Below, piece after piece: positions 11,883-26,400 of a stretch of DNA of 64,000 bases (within the stretch, counting starts at the first letter, position 1; every line of letters begins with the position of its first letter). The notes beneath the pieces are model-generated. The model was not told the origin of the DNA, ran no database searches, and saw only the letters and a program-made list of their open reading frames with translations. The translations under genes were made by a program, and so were the position numbers. Location of the stretch: contig NC_135261.1 in NCBI RefSeq assembly GCF_964204865.1, positions 14,570,001 to 14,634,000 on the forward strand, written 5' to 3'. The stretch is from Styela clava. Its lineage: Eukaryota.

Positions 11883-14800
11883 ATGAAACTATTCACGTCT
11901 TTCTTCGTGATGTTCTATACTTTTGGCTGCACATACGGTAAGTTCGATGAGAGGTGTTTTTGAAAATTTCGAAGCAATCGGCGTAGACGAAAAATTATAC
12001 AAAAAGTTTAGCCTTCAACATATACATTGCTTTTATCCAGTTTGAAATAGATATTAAGTATGACACATAAAAAACGACTAATATTGAGCACATCAAATTG
12101 AATTTGTCATTTCGATAAAGTTAATTTACATGACCTCTATGATTGTTTACTGATTTGTAAACAAGATAAACCCGGTTCTTTTATGCTTGTGCTTAACTTC
12201 AGATCACTTATACCTCTTGAACAATATTTATGAAAATTTATTATTTTAGGTTTGAATTGCTACACCTGCACAGATACTAGTTATGATGGAGAGGCAGCAG
12301 AAACTTGTTTCACTACTGTATCAGGGACAACACCTTCTACTGCTTGTACAGCTGATTCGGGAACAACTGTGTATTACTGTAGTACAAAATTCACAGTTGA
12401 TGATGGTAAAGTTAAACTTTTCTGTTTTTCAACTAAAAGTTGCTCTGATATCAAAAAGCAATAAAACCATATTTCTGCTATCGATATTGTTAAGGTGTCA
12501 CTACGGGTGTTGTGCGAGGCTGTGCTGCGAGTACTTCTGATGAAGACACTCACTCCGACGCAGTTCCAACCGCAGATAGATGCATAACTGCACTTGATGC
12601 TATCGGCAATCCGACCGCGACCACAGAATGCTACTATCATTGCAGCACACCTGACAACTGTAACACTGAAAATACAGGTTTGCATTTAGGATTGATTGTT
12701 TGTATTGTACAAGATGAGAAGAAAAGAATGTATGCTATGATATTTTTTTCAGCCTCGTTGAAACAATGCCCAAATGATTGTAACATAGGAAGCTCTCAAG
12801 GAAGCTGCAACTATATTACCGGAGTATGCGTTTGTGCCTCAGGATGGTCTGGTACTGATTGCAACACGGCAGTTAGTAAGTAAATTTCTTATGTACTGAT
12901 TCTTACAAACATTTCCTGTGGTATTGCGTGTTGTACTGAACAAAAATCAATTTTAGCTACAGAGAATAAAACTGCAAGTACCATGCATTTATACTATATA
13001 TTTATACTGGAGCTCCAGAAGTATGAGCACCAAGATGACGTACAACCTGAACATAGTATGTGTATCAGATTATAGTTCAGTTTGTGCGCCATCTTGGTGC
13101 TCTTACTTTGGGAGCGCCTTTATACTTTATATTTCGAGATGTCCCAAAACGGGTGGTACAGAAAAATATGACAGGGCTAATCACGTTCAAAAATATTACT
13201 ATAAGTAATAATACTAATTTTTCAGAACGAAAGATAAAAAATGACACAAACAAGTTCAATTCGAAAGTTTCTCAGAGATGACCATATATCTAGAAATAGG
13301 ACGAAACGTTTTTATTAGAGTTGAACATGTAATGTAAAATCTACCCAGAGTAATAATATAAAAAATGTGTAAACATTTTTATTAAAATAAGTAAATTTAT
13401 TGAATATTCTATGTTTTCCTAGCTTCAACCTCAAGCGGGGCCTCCAGAAAATGTGTTCAGTGTAACTCGGAAATTGATAGCGGATGTACTACATCAACAA
13501 CAAGTGTAGATTGTCCAGGGACTCAAGCATATTGCTCTACAAGAACATCAACCATTTTTGACGGATGTAGGTAGAATTGTTATATTTAACGGAAATTGAG
13601 AAGCGGAAAAAAACTGTATATATTATTTCATATTCAGCCGATGCAGTTATCCGCACTGTCACCACTAAAGCTTGCACATCTGATTTCAAAGCTGTTGATC
13701 AATGTGTATTCAACGATATTTACACTGACTCACCAATTAGCGATACAAGTGTTGGTTACAGCGAGTTTAACTGTTTCTCTACCTGCGATACCGATGATTG
13801 CAACACCAACACAGGTTTGATTTTTAACATTGATATATTTTTTTCATACCGTTTTGTTATAAAACAGTGAAATGTTCTAATTGGAATTTAAATATTTTTT
13901 TGGACAGTTTGGTAGAATAGGAAATTGATAACCGACATGATACTAATATTTGTGCTTCAGCTGATGGAGTGATCAACGGTAATGAAGCAGTTGTGCTCCA
14001 ATGTGTCGTTTGTAGTGATACCACAGGAGCCGGTACCTGCAACACGGCAACAGCAAGACAAGCTTGTCCGAGCGGATCAACTCATTGCAAACATACAGCA
14101 ATATACCTTATATCTGACAGAGTTGATCTTTCTTACGCAGGTGGAAAAATTATATTTGTACAAAATATACCTGTAGGGCAAAATTAGTAATTTGTTCAAA
14201 TTTCTTTCAAAATTTTGGCTGTTTTCTAATAAATTATATTGTAATAAGTATAAGCATTCATAGAGTGGCTATAATATTTACGAAGCACAACTACAAGCAA
14301 ATAATGATTAATATAATATTCCGAAAATGCAGATATTTGCAGAGTAGACATTTCATTTTTTACATTAATATATACAAATCTTTCATTTTTGAGAAAGGTT
14401 AAGGTTAAACTATCACTAACGCAAATAAACCTATAACAGCCGATCCAGAATTTAAACTTGTTAGTGTTGTACGTCAGTGCGCCACTGCTGCCGTGACAAG
14501 CCAATGCACTGAAGCTTCAGTTGGAAGTCTCAGTTTCAAGAAAGTTACTTGCACTGAAACATGCCAGGGTGACGGATGTAACGTTGGATGGCGTGAGTTC
14601 TATTTTACATTTATTCAACCTGAAGTTTAGTGTGTTTGAAACATATTTAAGATTCATTTTTTTTCATCAATGTTAAATACTGGAAGTACGTAATAATAAA
14701 ATAAACACTGGATTTGAATATGATAAAATGTTTGAAAAATCCACTTATTAAAAGATACAGTTATTAATATTTTCACGCCACTAGTAGTTTCTTCGTTGTC

Positions 14801-15709
14801 CAAAATTGATGCATACTCAAATTCCAATAATTACGATTAATTCATATTACGTCAATAGATGATGTTTTCTACGTTATTTCTCGCTAATTTTATAATTCGA
14901 TGCGTTTTAGCTGCAAGACCCGAATGCATCACATGCTCGTCACATCTCATATACGATACTGATGACTATGATCAATGCCTTGAAAATCCTCCTATGGCTG
15001 CTGCTTGTACTTATCCGTATGAAGCATACTGCGTGATCCAAGAAAGCGGAAAAAAAAAGGGAAGCAGAAGTACGTAACTGGAACTCCCTATATCCATTTG
15101 TACAGTTGAGATATTAAAATATTGTTTTAGATTTTCAAATTTGTTATCGTTACAGAAAGTGTTGAGGGATATCCTCGAAGAATAACTCGCGGTTGCTTCC
15201 ATTCTGACATCGGAACTGCCTGCTCTACTTACACTCCTCGTGACACAGAAATGGAGTCATGCAATCGTACATGCACAACAGATGGGTGTAATGTCGGTAC
15301 GATATAGCTAATCTAGAGATTTTAAAATTGAGCAACTTCATAAATATAAATGTTGTAACATTTGAAGAACTTATGGTTGAGTGTGTTCTATTTTTCTAAT
15401 GAATATATGAGAACATATGATTACATCGTCACACAAAATACTTGGTTTCTTTATAAATGTAAAATTGGTATCTTGAGTGCTGCAACTCATCTGCCATATT
15501 CTGAATTTTCAACGTCTACGGTGTGGTATGAATATATTTACGATAAATGAAAACCTAAAAAACTAACGAAACATATCTTTAACTTAATTTTTTACACATT
15601 TTAAAGTTGTACATATCATAATATTTCAGGCAGTGGAAGCTCTATTCCGTTCCAGACGATGATCACCGTCGTAGCATTTGCCATTCTTGGAAAGCTAACA
15701 CAAATATAA
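11883..15709 (+). CDS. Array copy 3: intact, protein apparently identical to copy 2
   Basis: Same 11 exons offset +5773 to +5780 from copy 2; the only exonic change I saw is synonymous (CCA>CCG, exon 3). Confidence 0.9.
13009..13118. mobile_element. Same MITE, intron 4 of copy 3
   Basis: Same TIRs and TTTATACT TSD; 6 nt longer than in copy 2. Confidence 0.88.
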
Positions 15710-17662
15710 GTTCTTATACTCGTGATTATATCAAATATTTATCTAAATACCAGTATTGTTTTACGCAGATTACATTTTATTGTTACTTTGTTACAACGTT
15801 ATACAAAAATTTAATTTTATTCAAAGACAAATTTGTATTGAGAAATTGTTTTATTCATTTTCATGTTTCTAACAACAAATCCCACTTCAAGCGTGCCAAT
15901 TATCATTTCCTCATGCTTGATCATGTACAAAATGATGTTTTCTGACCCGGTTCAGTAGTTAGTAGTTAGTTCAGATCTTTATATCGATGTGTAATAAATG
16001 TCACGTGCGGAATATTTTTAGAATTGTTTGTGTGTTTTACACGCATGCTGATTTTCATTCTCACAGTTAGGTCTAAAAACCTTTGAAATTTTCATGATAA
16101 CACTGCAACATTGTGTTATAATTTCGTTTATGCGTAGTTCATTCAGCGACGATGACTCTTTAATAATACATCTGGAAAAGTGATTTCACAAATATGTATG
16201 TAATCTTGACGAGTCGCCATAAAAATAAATATAGTCCAACAGTACAGTGTGTTATATTATTTTTTGTACAGAAAAGTAGTCAGAATTAGTAGTAACGCTT
16301 TGATATACCTTACGATTCACAATTTTAAGGATGAGGATTGTGCTGCTTCGTACCAGTGAATCCCTCAAAATACGGCGCGGAAACAGTTCATTCACACTAT
16401 CAGAAATTTCAAGTCATTTAATATTTTTTTTCAATTTTACGATCAAGCCCTACAACGCATGTTTTGAACTGACCGAAGAATTTGATGAAAAATTTGCATG
16501 AACAATTGAGTAATGAAATTGATAATTTTGATTAAATTGAAATATTTAACAAACATATTTCATCGTTTATTGCGTTGCTGTTTCTTTCATAGCCATGAGC
16601 TATAGATGAATATTCAGCGGAAACGAGAGTGAGAACGCACTGTATGATTTTAAATACGTCTGGAATTTAATTAAAAAAGTTTCACATCCAGTTATGGGGA
16701 AAATATACGCGAGATCATGTTTAATGTGAAAACAATAGATTTTTAAATCATAGCATACCACCGTTATAGTTACAATATACACACTGTAAACTGTATAAAC
16801 TATATACCCTATATTCACTATATAAATCAAAAGCACAAAAATATTCAGGTCAATTTACTTTGCTGGTGGTAGGTAGTATGTGGCTGGAACGGTTCGTAAT
16901 TGTTTTGGTCGTTCAATCCAATCATATGTGGTGTAACAGGCGCATTAGTTTGAGAAACTTAGATTTGTATACTTTCATCGACGAAGTTGATTTTTTATAC
17001 GATGCTTACTCGAGACTTTCGCTCCGAACAAGGCCACGTACAATCAGCTGCTGCATTTAAAAACATGTGTAAACTAATGTTTATTTAAATGGCCTGGAAT
17101 CTTCCGGTTTGGCATTTGCTTGCCCTATTTACCAAACCCTGGGTGAGGTGGTGAGGATGAGATTTGAACTCAAGATTTCTAATTTACGATGCTAACATAG
17201 CTGATTCTAACGCATCAACTGCCATGTCAGCGCGGCAACTGAAATATTCACGTATTACCTAAATATATGTTTGTATGAGTGGGATAATTTGGGAATTAAT
17301 TTTGAGTTAAGTATATTTAGCAAATGATTATAGTCTTAAAACTTTTAAATCAGACTCGTATTGTAGTATCATGCTCGGCCAATCGTTGAAGCGGAATTTT
17401 ATTATATTAAAAAATGATTTTAATAACTTATTGAAATACTCGACTGAAAATATTTCATTGAATATCTTATATACATTTTCCAGTATATTTAAAAATTATG
17501 ATTTATTTGTAATCTGAAAAATTTTCAGTAACTTAATTTTTCTAATTTAATATATGAAATCTTTAAACTTCCTAATGTTTTAATACGAGATTTTTTTTCA
17601 AATTTGGGTGATGTTATTATTTACAGTTATAAAACTCAAATTTCATTTTACATCAAATAATC

Positions 17663-20600
17663 ATGAAACTATTCACGTCTTTCTTCGTGATGTTCTATAC
17701 TTTTGGCTGCACATACGGTAAGTTCGATGAGAGGTGTTTTTGAAAATTTCGAAGCAATCGGCGTAGACGAAAAATTATACAAAAAGTTTAGCCTTCAACA
17801 TATACATTGCTTTTATCCAGTTTGAAATAGATATTAAGTATGACACATAAAAAACGACTAATATTGAGCACATCAAATTGAATTTGTCATTTCGATAAAG
17901 TTAATTTACATGACCTCTATGATTGTTTACTGATTTGTAAACAAGATAAACCCGGTTCTTTTATGCTTGTGCTTAACTTCAGATCACTTAACTCCTGAAC
18001 AATATTGTAACAACCATTCATTATTTTAGGTTTGAATTGCTACACCTGCACAGATGTAGATTATGATGGAGAGGCAGCACAAACTTGTTTCACTACTGTA
18101 TCAGGGACCACAACTTCTGCTACTTGTACAGCTGATTCAGGAACAACTGTGTATTATTGCCGTACAAAATTCACAGTTGAGGATGGTAAAGTTAAACTTT
18201 TCTGTTTTTCAACTAAAAGTTGCTCTGATATCAAACAGCAATAAAACCATATTTCTGCTATCGATATTGTTAAGGTGTCACTACGGGTGTTGTGCGAGGC
18301 TGTGCTGCGAGTACTTCTGATGAAGACACTCACTCCGACGCAGTTCCAACCGCAGATAGATGCATAACTGCACTTGATGCTATCGGCAATCCAACCGCGA
18401 CCACAGAATGCTACTATCATTGCAGCACACCTGACAACTGTAACACTGAAAATACAGGTTTGCATTTAGGATTGATTGTTTGTATTGTACAAGATGAGAA
18501 GAAAAGAATGTATGCTATGATATTTTTTTCAGCCTCGTTGAAACAATGCCCAAATGATTGTAACATAGGAAGCTCTCAAGGAAGCTGCAACTATATTACC
18601 GGAGTATGCGTTTGTGTCTCAGGATGGTCTGGTACTGATTGCAACACGGCAGTTAGTAAGTAAATTTCTTATATACTGATTCTTACAAACATTTCCTGTG
18701 GTATTGCGTGTTGTACTGAACAAAAATCAATTTTAGCTACAGAGAATAAAAGTGCAAGTACCATGCATTTATACTATATATTTATACTGGAGCTCCAGAA
18801 GTATGTGCACCAAGATGGCGTACAACCTGAACATAGTATGTGTATCAGATTATAGTTCAGTTTGTGCGCCATCTTGGTGCTCTTACTTTGGGAGCGCCTT
18901 TATACTTTATATGTCGAGATGTCCCAAAACGGGTGGTACAGAAAAATATGACAGGGCTAATCAGGTTCAAAAATATTACTATAAGTAATAATACTAATTT
19001 TTCAGAACGAAAGATAAAAAATGACACAAACAAGTTCAATTCGAAAGTTTCTCAGAGATGACCATATATCTAGAAATAGGACGAAACGTTTTTATTAGAG
19101 TTGAACATGTAATGTAAAATCTACCCAGAGTAATAATATAAAAAATGTGTAAACATTTTTATTAAAATAAGTAAATTTATTGAATATTCTATGTTTTCCT
19201 AGCTTCAACCTCAAGCGGGGCCTCCAGAAAATGTGTTCAGTGTAACTCGGAAATTGATAGCGGATGTACTACATCAACAACAAGTGTAGATTGTCCAGGG
19301 ACTCAAGCATATTGCTCTACAAGAACATCAACCATTTTTGACGGATGTAGGTAGAATTGTTATATTTAACGGAAATTGAGAAGCGGAAAAAAACTGTATA
19401 TATTATTTCATATTCAGCCGATGCAGTTATCCGCACTGTCACCACTAAAGCTTGCACATCTGATTTCAAAGCTGTTGATCAATGTGTATTCAACGATATT
19501 TACACTGACTCACCAATTAGCGATACAAGTGTTGGTTACAGCGAGTTTAACTGTTTCTCTACCTGCGATACCGATGATTGCAACACCAACACAGGTTTGA
19601 TTTTTAACATTGATATATTTTTTTCATACCGTTTTGTTATAAAACAGTGAAATGTTCTAATTGGAATTTAAATATTTTTTTGGACAGTTTGGTAGAATAG
19701 GAAATTGATAACCGACATGATACTAATATTTGTGCTTCAGCTGATGGAGTGATCAACGGTAATGAAGCAGTTGTGCTCCAATGTGTCGTTTGTAGTGATA
19801 CCACAGGAGCCGGTACCTGCAACACGGCAACAGCAAGACAAGCTTGTCCGAGCGGATCAACTCATTGCAAACATACAGCAATATACCTTATATCTGACAG
19901 AGTTGATCTTTCTTACGCAGGTGGAAAAATTATATTTGTACAAAATATACCTGTAGGGCAAAATTAGTAATTTGTTCAAATTTCTTTCAAAATTTTGGCT
20001 GTTTTCTAATAAATTATATTGTAATAAGTATAAGCTTTCATAGAGTGGCTATAATATTTACGAAGCACAACTACAAGCAAATAATGATTAATATAATATT
20101 CCGAAAATGCAGATATTTGCAGAGTAGACATTTCATTTTTTACATTATTATATACAAATCTTTCATTTTTGAGAAAGGTTAAGGTTAAACTATCACTAAC
20201 GCAAATAAACCTATAACAGCCGATCCAGAATTTAAACTTGTTAGTGTTGTACGTCAGTGCGCCACTGCTGCCGTGACAAGCCAATGCACTGAAGCTTCAG
20301 TTGGAAGTCTCAGTTTCAAGAAAGTTACTTGCACTGAAACATGCCAGGGTGACGGATGTAACGTTGGATGGCGTGAGTTCTATTTTACATTTATTCAACC
20401 TGAAGTTTAGTGTGTTTGAAACATATTTAAGATTCATTTTTTTTCATCAATGTTAAATACTGGAAGTACGTAATAATAAAATAAACACTGGATTTGAATA
20501 TGATATAATGTTTGAAAAATCCACTTATTAAAAGATACAGTTATTAATATTTTCACGCCACTAGTAGTTTCTTCGTTGTCCAAAATTGATGCATACTTAA

Positions 20601-21487
20601 ATTCCAATAATTACGATTAATTCATATTACGTCAATAGATGATGTTTTCTACGTTATTTCTCGCTAATTTTATAATTCGATGCGTTTTAGCTGCAAGACC
20701 CGAATGCATCACATGCTCGTCACATCTCGTATACGATACTGATGACTATGATCAATGCCTTGAAAATCCTCCTATGGCTGCTGCTTGTACTTATCCGTAT
20801 GAAGCATACTGCGTGATCCAAGAAAGCGGAAAAAAAAGGGAAGCAGAAGTACGTAACTGGAACTCCCTATATCCATTTGTACAGTTGAGATATTAAAATA
20901 CTGGTTTAGATTTTCAAATTCGTTATCGTTACAGAAAGTGTTGAGGGATATCCTCGAAGAATAACTCGCGGTTGCTTCCATTCTGACATCGGAACTGCCT
21001 GCTCAACTTACACTCCTCGTGACACAGAAATGGAGTCATGCAATCGTACATGCACAACAGATGGATGTAATGTCGGTAAGTTATAGCTAATATAGAGATT
21101 TAAAAATGAGCAACTTCATAAATATAAATGTTGTAACATTTGAGGAACTTATGGTTGTGTGTGTTCTATTTTTCTAATGAATATTTGAAGACATTTGATT
21201 ACATCGTCACACAAAATAATTGGTTGCTTCATAAATGTGAAATTGGTATCTTAAGTGCTGCAACTCATCTGCCATGTTCTGAATTTTCAACGTCTACGGT
21301 GTGGTATGAATATATTTACGATAAATGAAAACTTTAAAAACTAACGAAACATATCTTTAACCTAATTATGTACACATTTTAAAGTTGTATATATCATAAT
21401 ATTTCAGGCAGTGGAAGCTCTATTCCGTTCCAGACGATGACCACCGTCGTAGCATTTGCTCTTCTTGGAAAGCTAACACAAATATAA
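17663..21487 (+). CDS. Array copy 4: converted exon 2; 1-nt deletion in exon 9 A-run predicts a truncated, anchorless protein (or a sequencing error)
   Basis: All 11 exons are present. A8 replaces A9 at 20830-20837; splicing to exon 10 (20935) then reads KVLRDILEE-stop (TAA 20962-20964). Confidence 0.7.
18789..18898. mobile_element. Same MITE, intron 4 of copy 4 (best-preserved, ~45-bp TIR)
   Basis: The inverted repeat extends through ATGGCGTACAACCTGAAC / GTTCAGTTTGTGCGCCAT; TTTATACT TSD. Confidence 0.88.
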
Positions 21488-23440
21488 GTTCTTATACTCG
21501 TGATTATATCAAATATTTATCTAAATACCAGTATTGTTTTATGCAGATTTCATTTTATTGTTACTATGTTACAACGTTATAAAAAAATTTAATTTTATTC
21601 AAAGATAAATTTGTATTGAGAAATTGTTTTATTCATTTTCACGTTTTTAACAACAAATCCCACTTCAAGCGTGTCAATTATCATTCCCTCATGCTTGATC
21701 ATGTACAAAATGATGTTTCCTGACCCGGTTCAGTAGTTAGATCTGTATATCGATGTGTAATTAATGTCACGTGCGAAATATTTTTAGAATTGTTTGTGTG
21801 TTTTACATGCATGCTGATTTTCATTCTCATTGTTAGGTCTAAAAACCGTTCAAATTTTCATGATAACACTGCAACATTATGTTATAATTTTGTTCATACG
21901 TAGTTCATTCAGCGACGATGACTCTTTATTAATACATCAGAAAAAGTGATTTCACAAATATGTATGTAATCTTGACGAGTCGCCATAAAAATAAATATAG
22001 TCCAACAGTACAGTGTGTTATATTATTTTTTGTACAGAAAAGTAGTCAGAATTAGTAGTAACGCTTTGATATACCTTACGATTCACAATTTTAAGGATGA
22101 GGGTTGTGCTGCTTCGTACCAGTGAATCCCTCAAAATACGGCGCGGAAACAGTTCATTCACACTATCTGAAATTTCAAGTTATTCGAACATTTTTTTTTT
22201 TTCAATTTTACGATCAATTCCTACAACGCATGTTTTGAATTGACCGAAGAATTTGATGAAAAATTTGCATGAGCAATTGAGTAATGAAATTGATAATTTT
22301 GATTAAATTGAAATATTTGAGAAACATATTTCATCGTTTATTGCGTTGCTGTTTCTTTCATAGCCATGAGCTATAGATGAATATTCAGCGGAAACGAGAG
22401 TGTGAACGCACTGTATGATTTTAAATACGTCTGGAATTTAATTAAAAAAGTTTCACATCCAGTTATGGGGAAAATATACGCTAGATCATGTTTAATGTGA
22501 AGACAATAGATTTTTAAATCATAGCATACCACCGTTATAGTTACAATATACACACTGTAAACTGTATAAACTATATACCCTATATTCACTATATAAAACG
22601 AAAGCAAAAAAAATATTCAGGTCAAATTACTTTGCTGGTGGTAGGTAGGATGTGGCTGGAACGGATCGCAGTTGTTTTTGGTCGTCCAATCCAATCATAT
22701 GTGGTGTAACAGGCGCATTAGTTTGAGAAACTTAGATTTGTATACTTTCATCGACGAAGTTGATTTTTTATACGATGCTTTATCGAGACTTTCGCTCCGA
22801 ACAAGGCCACGTACAATCAGCTACTGCATTTAAAAACATGTACGGAACTAATGTTTATTTAAATGGCCTGGAGTCTTCCGGTTTGGCATTTGCTTGCCCT
22901 ATTTACCAAACCCTGGGTGAGGTGGTGGGGATGAGATTTGAACTCAAGATGTCTAATTTACGATGCTAACATAGCTGATTCTAACGCATCAACTGCCATG
23001 TCAGCGCGGCAACTTGAATATTCAGGTATTGCTTAAATGTACGTTTGTATGAGTCGAATAATTTAGGAATTAATTTTGAGTTAAATATATTTTGCAAATG
23101 ATTATAGTCTTAAAACTTTTAAATCAGACTCGTATTGTAGTATCATGCTCGGCCAATAGTTGAAGTGGAATTTTATTATATTAAAAAATGATCTTAATAA
23201 TTTATTGTAATACTCGATTGAGAATATTTCATTGAATATCTTATTATACATTTTCCAGTATATTTAAAAATTATGATTTATTTGTAATCTGAGAAATTTT
23301 CAGTAACTTAATTTTTCTAATTTAATATATCAAATCTTTAAAATTCCTAATGTTTTTATACGAGATTTTTGTTCAAATTTGGGTGATGTTGTTATTATTT
23401 ACAGTTATAAAACTCAAAGTTCATTTTACATCAAATAATC

Positions 23441-26400
23441 ATGAAACTATTCACGTCTTTCTTCGTGATGTTCTATACTTTTGGCTGCACATACAGTAAG
23501 TTCGATGAGAGGTGTTTTTGAAAATTTCGAAGCAATCGGCGTAGACGAAAAATTATACAAAAAGTTTAGCCTTCAACATGAACATTGCTTTTATCCAGTT
23601 TGAAATAGATATAAAGTATGACACATAAAAAACGACTAATATTGAGCACAACAAATTGAATTTGTCATTTCGATAAAGTTAATTTACATGACCTCTATGA
23701 TTGTTTACTGATTTGTAAACAAGATAAACCCGGTTCTTTTATGCTTGTGCTTATCGTCAGATCACTTACCTCTTGAACAGTATTGTAACAACCCTTTATT
23801 ATTTTAGGTTTGAATTGCCACTCCTGCACAGATACTAATTTTGATGGAGAGGCAGCAGAAACTTGTTTCAATACTGTATCAGTGACAACAACTTCTGCTA
23901 CGTGTACAGCTGATTCAGGAACAACTGTGTATTATTGCCGTACAAAATTTAGAGTTCATGATGGTAAAGTTAAACTTTTCTGATTTTCAATTAAATGTTG
24001 CTCTGATATCAAACAGCAATAAAACCATATTACTGCTATCGATGTTGTTAAGGTGTCACTACGGGTGTTGTGCGAGGCTGTGCTGCGAGTACTTCTGATG
24101 AAGACACTCACTCCGACGCAGTTCCAACCGCAGATAGATGTATAACTGTTCTTGATGCTACCGGCAATCCAACCGCGGCCACAGAATGCTACTATCATTG
24201 CACACCCGACAACTGTAACACTGAAAAAACAGGTTTGCATTTAGGATTGTTTGCATTGTACAAGATGAAAAGAAAAGAATTATTGCTATAAAAAAATTTT
24301 CAGCCTCGTTGAAACAATGCCCAAATGATTGTAACTCAGGAGCTAGTCCTCGTCAAGGAAGATGCAACTATATCACCGGAGTATGCGTTTGTGAATCAGG
24401 ATGGTCTGGTACTGATTGCAACACGGCAGTTAGTAAGTAAATTTCTTAGGTACAGATTCTTACAAACATTTCCTGCGGTATGGCGTGTTGTATTGAACTG
24501 AAATCACGTATTATTTGCTACGAAGAATAAAAGTGCAAGTGCCATGCCTTTTATTATTATTTCTAGATGTCCTGAAAAGTGGTCGTGCCACAGCAAAAAA
24601 TATGCTACTCAAGTTCATAAAAAAATGACTTTACCAAAAAAGTGTTGCTAATAGTATGATATTACTTTTTCGGAACGAAAAAGAATAATATGCCACAAAG
24701 ATGTTCAATTTGGAAATTTCTCAGAGATGACTATATATATAGAAATAGGTCGGAACGTTTCAATCAGAGTTGAACATGTAAAGTAAAATCTGCCCAGAGA
24801 AAAATACGAAAAAGGTATTAAGATTTTTTAATAAAATAGGTAAACTTATTGAATATTTTATGTTTTCCTAGCTTCAACCGCAAGCGGGGCCTCCAGAAAA
24901 TGTGTTCAGTGTAACTCAGAAATAGATAGCGGATGTAGTACATCAAGAACAAGTGTAGATTGTCCAGAGACTGAAGCATATTGCTCTACAAGAACATCAA
25001 CCATTATTGACGGATGTAAGTAGAATTGTTATAATTACCGGAGATTGAGAAGCTTAAAAATAGTTTGAAAAATCAATTTGTATATATTATTTCATATTCA
25101 GTCGATGCAGTTATCCGCATTGTCACCACCAAAGCTTGCACATCTGCTTTCAAAGCAGTTGATCAATGTGTATTCAACGATATTCACACTGACTCGCCAA
25201 TTAGCGATGCAGCTGTTGGTTACATCGAGTTTAACTGTTTCTCTACCTGTGATACCAATGATTGCAACACCAACACAGGTTTGATTTTCGATTTTCAACA
25301 TAGAAATAATTTTTTCATACAGTTTCATTATAAAACATTGAAAATTTTAATTTGGCATTTGAAATATTTAACTAAACGGCAGTTTGGGAAATTGATAACC
25401 GACATGATAATATTATTTGTGCTTCAGCTGATGGAGTGATCAACGGCAAAGTTAGTAATCTGTTTGAATTTCGGCTGTTTTCTAATAAATTATATTGTAA
25501 TAGATATACGCATTCATAAAGTGGCTATGATATTTACGAAGCACAACCACAAGCAAATAATGATTAATATAATATTCCGAAAATGCAGATATTTGCAGAG
25601 TAGACATTTTATTTTTTACATCAATATCAACAAATCTTTCATTTTTGAGAAAGGGTTAAGGTTAAACTATCACTAACGCAAATAAACCTATAACAGCCGA
25701 TCCAGGATTTAAACTTGTTAGTGTTGTACGTGAGTGCGCCACTGCTGCCGTGACAAGCCAATGCACTGAAGCTTCAGTTGGAAGTTTGAGTTTCAAGAAA
25801 GTTACTTGCACTGAAACATGCCAGGGTGACGGATGTAACGTTGGATGGCGTGAGTTCTTTTTTACATTTGTTCAAGTTAAAGTTTAGTTTGTTTGAAAAA
25901 TATTCAGTATTCCTTTTTTTTTTATCATTGTTAAATATTGGGAGTATGTATTATTCAAATAATCACTGGATTTGAATATGATATAATGTTTGAAAAATTC
26001 ATTTAAAAAATTATACACTTATTATCATTTTCACGCCGCTAGTAGTTTCTTCGTTGTCCAAAATTGATGCATGCTCAAATTCCAATAATTACGATTAATT
26101 TATATCACGTCAATAGATGATGTTTTCTTCGCTATTTCTTGCTAATTTTATAATTCGATGCGTTTTAGCTGCAAGACCCGAATGCATCACCTGCTCGTCA
26201 CATCTCGTATACGATACTGATGACTATGATCAATGCCTTGAAAATCCTCCTATGGCTGCTGCTTGTACTTATCCGTATGAAGCATACTGCGTGATCCAAG
26301 AAAGCGGAATACAAAAAGGAAACAGAAGTACGTAAATGGAACTCCCTATATTCATTTTTTTTTTGAGATATTAAAATATTGTTTTAGATTTTCAAATTTG

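Larger units (their letters stand above)
3361..23400 (+). repeat. Near-identical tandem segmental repeat, period about 5.77-5.78 kb
   Basis: Line-for-line identity of exons, introns and intergenic DNA; ORF-track entries recur at +5773/+5780. Confidence 0.95.
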
